A stretch of 64,000 nt of DNA, taken from the NCBI GenBank assembly GCA_045605805.1, contig JAZUQR010000008.1, positions 43,253 to 107,252 of the forward strand, read 5' to 3'. A program made the translations under genes and the position numbers. This document shows, piece after piece, positions 60,090 through 64,000 of this stretch. The DNA is from Alphaproteobacteria bacterium (GTDB lineage: Bacteria; Pseudomonadota; Alphaproteobacteria; CAAHEQ01; UBA3637). The first letter of the stretch is position 1, and each line of letters opens with the position of its first letter. Below the pieces are notes generated by a model. It saw nothing but the letters and a program-made list of their open reading frames with translations. It searched no databases and was not told the DNA's origin.

Positions 60090-60620
60090 ATGAAACTTTA
60101 TTGGCGATTATTTTATTCTTTTTTTAAGATAGGGTTGTTCACTTTTGGTGGTGGATATGCTATGTTGCCTTTTTTACAGCGTGACTTGGTTGCTCGTGGT
60201 TGGGTATCCAAAAAAGAGGTGCTGGATTATTATGCCTTTTCACAGATTACTCCTGGGATTATTGCGGTGAATGTTTCTACTTTTGTTGGCTATAAATTGC
60301 GGGGGTGGAAAGGGGCTTGTTGTTCTATGGTAGGCATTGTGATGCCCTCTGTTATTATTATTACTTTATTTGCTTTGGGATTAGATTCTTTGTGGGCGTA
60401 TCCTTTGATGCAAAGTGTTGTAGCAAGTATTCAGTTGATGATACCTGCTTTAATGCTGCCGATTGTTTTTCGCATGATTAAAGATCGGGCGACCACTGCG
60501 TTTGGGATAGAGTTGATGTTGTTGTCGTTTATATTGGCAATGTGTGGGATGCCGGCGGTTTATATTTTGTTGATTTGTGCCGGTATCAGTTTGTTTGTTT
60601 TTTACAGGCGTTATCGGTGA
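60090..60620 (+). CDS. chrA: Chromate transporter (short-chain CHR), first subunit
   Basis: FFKIGLFTFGGGYAM and QITPG motifs. Confidence 0.9.
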   Translation: MKLYWRLFYSFFKIGLFTFGGGYAMLPFLQRDLVARGWVSKKEVLDYYAFSQITPGIIAVNVSTFVGYKLRGWKGACCSMVGIVMPSVIIITLFALGLDSLWAYPLMQSVVASIQLMIPALMLPIVFRMIKDRATTAFGIELMLLSFILAMCGMPAVYILLICAGISLFVFYRRYR

Positions 60621-60627
60621 GGTCTAA

Positions 60628-61173
60628 ATGATTTTTTTAGAGCTTTTTTTATCCTTTTTTAAGATTGGTTTGTTTGCCGTTGGCGGTGGTTTGGCGACTG
60701 TGCCTTTTTTGTTTGAATTGTCGGAAACAACACATTGGTTTTCTGTTTCTGAGTTGGTGAAGATGATTGCTGTTTCCGAGTCTACTCCTGGGCCTTTGGG
60801 TATCAATATGGCCACTTATTGCGGGGTGCACGTGGCCGGTGTGTTTGGTGGTCTTGTGGCTACATTGGGGATTGTGAGCCCGATGTTGTTGGTTGTTGGG
60901 ATTCTTTCACATTATTACAGAAAGTTGCGCAAAAACAGGTGGGTTAAAGCCTTGTTTTTGGGGTTACGCCCAGCGGTGGCGATGATGATCTTTGGCTTTG
61001 TTTTGCGTTTGATATGGGTTATTTTTGACCATGCCTTGGACAGTGAAATTGGTTTTTTAAGTTTTGTTTTGTTTTTCTTTTATGTGTGGTTGACCTTCAA
61101 ATACAAATGGCATCCTGTTGTCTTTATTGCACTGGCCGGTCTTATTGGTTTGGTTCAAGGTTTGCTTGTGTGA
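60628..61173 (+). CDS. chrA: Chromate transporter (short-chain CHR), second subunit
   Basis: FFKIGLFAVGGG and ESTPGPLGINMATY motifs. Confidence 0.9.
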   Translation: MIFLELFLSFFKIGLFAVGGGLATVPFLFELSETTHWFSVSELVKMIAVSESTPGPLGINMATYCGVHVAGVFGGLVATLGIVSPMLLVVGILSHYYRKLRKNRWVKALFLGLRPAVAMMIFGFVLRLIWVIFDHALDSEIGFLSFVLFFFYVWLTFKYKWHPVVFIALAGLIGLVQGLLV

Positions 61174-61595
61174 TTTTTCCCAATCCAGTATTTTGAGATA
61201 AAGAAATTATCTGTCATTGTTTTTTGAATGCGGTTGTATTGATGGCTTTTGTTGTAAACTTTGTTATTGTTTTTGCCACATATTGTGTTTTGTTTTTGGC
61301 CATCTTATTTTCCTTTTAATTTAAGCAGAGGTGAAAAATTGAGGAGAGTTTATCCTATTTTTGTCCAAAAGTCAATAATCTTGACAAAAATCTTTTTGGC
61401 GAGGGGTATCTTGCAAGGCGCGAGCTGATTTCTTGGTGCTGATTTAAAAGAATAAAGATAATCCGAATGAGATATGGTAATTCTTGTGGTATTTGCACTC
61501 AGCAATAAATATAAAAGCTCTTTTGGGGATTTTTTTATAAAAAGAGCTTGCAGTTTGATATAAAATGCAGTAAACTTAGTTTGCAAGGTGTTTAA

Positions 61596-61772
61596 TGTGA
61601 TGCCATCTTGTGGGACTTAGAACTCCCAAAATTAGACAGCCGAATTGTTTCGGTTTTGATATGCCAGCCCCTTGGCTGGATGACGGCAGAATAAAGCCGT
61701 TGGCTGAATATGCCGTACTATTTTGTCTAATTATAGGTTCTAACGTCCAGTCGCTTTCGCATCACAGCGATT
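61596..61772 (+). ncRNA. Structured leader RNA, copy 2
   Basis: Promoter TTGCAG-17-TAAACT (61548-61576); AATTAGACA/TGTCTAATT and GGAC-TTAGAACT/GGTTCTAACGTCC stems; motif order shared with 5799-5988. Confidence 0.6.
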
Positions 61773-61791
61773 TTAAACGAAAGGAACTAAA

Positions 61792-62349
61792 ATGGGTGAA
61801 ATGTATTTTCCTGGTGAGGAACCAGATAATGTGGAAACACTCTATGATAGAGCTGGGCATCTGATTAAAAGATATAGGGCTAAAAATGGTGGAACAGGAC
61901 TTACAGAACATCATTATCGGCAAGGTGAGGGGAGCCCCTTGATGTGGGCTGACTATTGGTCAGATTATCGGGATAAAACAAACCGAGAAACATTATTTTT
62001 TGAAGGTAAAGCAGGAGAAGAAACCCCCTATTTGAGCCGTATTTATCGTCAAAATAGGTTGGTAAAGGAAACAGGCTTAGGAGAAAGGCTTCGTGTGCGT
62101 TATAGCGAAGAGTACGAGTATTGCGATGGTGAAACAATGCCCATAAGTATTCGACATGAAGATTTTGATGAAAAAGGAAACTCCTTATCTGTGATAATAA
62201 AAGATAAAGATAACCCTTTTGGAAAAGTAATTAGTCCCAAAAAAATCTCGAAGATTATGAACACTTTGAAAAAGGCAGAGCAAAACGGTATGCAAGCAGT
62301 AAGATCTGGTAAAATGAATCAAAGAATAAACGAAAGGAGCATAAGATGA
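61792..62349 (+). CDS. Hypothetical protein
   Basis: AAAGGA RBS; 185 aa; basic C-terminal tail. Confidence 0.7.
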   Translation: MGEMYFPGEEPDNVETLYDRAGHLIKRYRAKNGGTGLTEHHYRQGEGSPLMWADYWSDYRDKTNRETLFFEGKAGEETPYLSRIYRQNRLVKETGLGERLRVRYSEEYEYCDGETMPISIRHEDFDEKGNSLSVIIKDKDNPFGKVISPKKISKIMNTLKKAEQNGMQAVRSGKMNQRINERSIR

Positions 62350-63101
62350 CAGCAATCATGGATAAAGAAACATGGATTAAATCCAGAACGGATAATCCAA
62401 ATAAATTAGGGCGAAATGTTTGGATTTCTTTTTATGAATTGAGATCAAAAGGTATGCAACTTCCTCCAGAATCAATGAAGGCACTAAAACCCCTTTATAT
62501 AGATATGGAAAGGGAATTTTTAATTAAAATGGGACTTCCCCCTAATGTGAATGATTCAAATTGGAAACTTATTTTGAATCATATGGGAAATACAGATTTA
62601 AATCAAAGTCAAGAAGCTATGAAAATGGGGCTCAGTGTAGTTTTAGGTTTAGGTGTTCCTGCGCCACAAAAACCAACGAAAGCACCCACCGAAAAAATGG
62701 ATAAAGAAACATGGATTAAATCCAGAACAAAAAATCCAGACAGAATTGGAAAAGATGTATGGGGTGCCATGTATGATTTTACATCAGCAGGGAAAAATCT
62801 TTCCCCCACAGATGCTAAGGAATTAAAACCCCTTCATATAGAGATGGTAAAAGATTATTTTGAAAAAATGGGATTTTCTTATAGCACGGATGCAATTAAG
62901 CGTGCTGCTGATTCTCAGCTTTGGAATTCTTTACTTGCGACTATGATGCAACAAGCAAAAGTAGCGCCCTCTATTCAAGAATCAGTTATAAAAAGTATGA
63001 TGAATCAATTGGGAGAAAAACCAAAAAAATCACTTCTTGATACTTTAAAAGAGGCCTCTAAAAAGTTTTTACCAACACAGAATAATAAGGGTAGGGTGTA
63101 A
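62346..63101 (+). CDS. Hypothetical protein with internal domain duplication
   Basis: MDKETWIKSRT.NP...G..VW...Y......G..L.P...K.LKPL.I.M occurs twice. Confidence 0.75.
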   Translation: MTAIMDKETWIKSRTDNPNKLGRNVWISFYELRSKGMQLPPESMKALKPLYIDMEREFLIKMGLPPNVNDSNWKLILNHMGNTDLNQSQEAMKMGLSVVLGLGVPAPQKPTKAPTEKMDKETWIKSRTKNPDRIGKDVWGAMYDFTSAGKNLSPTDAKELKPLHIEMVKDYFEKMGFSYSTDAIKRAADSQLWNSLLATMMQQAKVAPSIQESVIKSMMNQLGEKPKKSLLDTLKEASKKFLPTQNNKGRV

Positions 63102-63104
63102 TTT

Positions 63105-63132
63105 AAAAGGGCAGGTTTACTGCCCTTTTTTT
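63105..63132 (+). terminator. Intrinsic terminator
   Basis: AAAAGGGCAG/CTGCCCTTTT stem followed by a T run. Confidence 0.75.
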
Positions 63133-63310
63133 AACACCATTTCAATCCATTTTTGGCAGGATAAAAAGAGTTTTTTATCCGGTGTTTCAGAATTTGGATT
63201 ATAAATTGCATAGGCCAGCTGTTTTGCTTGCTCTAAAAATTGACTTACGAACTCGTACAAGCGACTCGAAACAAAAGGAAAAACGCCCATTGAAGGACGT
63301 TTGCATTTAA

Positions 63311-63455
63311 TGGCGACCCTAACGGGATTTACCGCCTTTGGCGTTGCCTGCGTTAAAACTTCGGCCGACCCCTACGGTTTCAATTTCCTTGCGGAAATCT
63401 TCAAAAATAAATCCCCACACAAGTGAGGATTTCCTTTTTGGCGACCCTAACGGGA
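63311..63455. repeat. Two 17-bp direct repeats resembling a tRNA-Glu 3' end (att-like)
   Basis: TGGCGACCCTAACGGGA at 63311-63327 and 63439-63455; reverse complement ends GGGTCGCCA as in the tRNA-Glu at 44761. Confidence 0.65.
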
Positions 63456-63660
63456 GCCTAGGGGTTAAACCAAATAAACAATTGGAAAGATTGGATTTTT
63501 TTCTGCCTTTTTTAGGGGTATTTTGAAATGGGGTGTCACTCCTGCACATAGGTTATGAGTGTCATTTTTTTATGTATCTTATATGACTAATTATCCATGG
63601 GGGCAAATTGGTGAATATGGCTGGTGTATCACATGGCCAAAAATCTTCTTTTGTCAGAAG

Positions 63661-63990
63661 TTAAAAATATCTCAAAAGACGGTTGGTAATCATGGCCTGC
63701 CCTTCTTCATAAAGCCTTTCTAAATACATCCTATTCACAAGGCCATCATTCAGGTCTGATAGATTTCGTATCAGATTATGGATGGAATCTATTGAGGGAT
63801 GTCTCTGTTCACAAAGTATCATACCAAAATAGTATTTGTTCTTGTTTAGGAACTGCTCGCTAAACTGGTATTGGGATTCCACAAGACCAAGTTTTCTTAG
63901 GTACTTATAACATTTAACAATGTATTTCGTATCTTCTGCTTGGTGTTTATAGTGGGGTTCGTCCAGTTCATCCTCTACCTCATCATCCAC
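63661..63990 (-). CDS. Hypothetical protein, DUF6626-like (may begin beyond the window end)
   Basis: GLV.SQY.FS..FL.K...Y......R.PS pattern recalled from alphaproteobacterial mobile-element proteins. Confidence 0.5.
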   Translation of the reverse strand: MDDEVEDELDEPHYKHQAEDTKYIVKCYKYLRKLGLVESQYQFSEQFLNKNKYYFGMILCEQRHPSIDSIHNLIRNLSDLNDGLVNRMYLERLYEEGQAMITNRLLRYF

Positions 63991-64000
63991 TGTTTTAGTT

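Noticed and set aside
61610-61864. 84-aa ORF over the structured leader
   Set aside because: GTG start without clear RBS and overlaps the next gene; a leader-peptide role cannot be fully excluded
63319-63549. Short ORFs or a full tRNA at the att-like repeats
   Set aside because: Only tRNA 3' fragments are present, with no cloverleaf; the ORFs lack recognisable features

Overview
Host chromosome of an Alphaproteobacterium, probably an uncultured gut-type lineage (inferred from mreBCD-mrdA-rodA, GAF-containing ptsP, tol and rnj genes and a GRTLLEM-type pilin). Positions 1 to about 22,000 are the right end of a prophage whose boundary lies at the 3' end of tRNA-Pro(GGG) (22003-22079, minus strand). 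It carries tail-tip genes, a lysis cassette, HU and then accessory cargo. The cargo holds a complete diversity-generating retroelement (DGR): avd 6563-7156, TR 7196-7314, RT 7570-8619 and VR 8822-8940, with 23 of 23 TR/VR mismatches at TR adenines. The target is not a tail fibre. It is an N-terminal lectin-like (DUF6273-like, apparently circularly permuted) domain fused to a MoxR-type AAA+ ATPase, followed by a degenerate AAA protein and an HEXXH-peptidase/vWA (DUF2201-like) partner. This is the best candidate for an undescribed system here. Convergent to it lies a type III R-M locus with a degenerate SNF2 helicase. From about 22 to 61 kb the window is mostly housekeeping genes, with three more tRNAs, one candidate sRNA and a few orphan proteins. 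A covarying structured RNA leader occurs twice (about 5.8 kb and about 61.6 kb). tRNA-3'-like repeats at 63.3-63.5 kb suggest the edge of a second integrated element. All family assignments come from motif recognition by eye; no database search was run.
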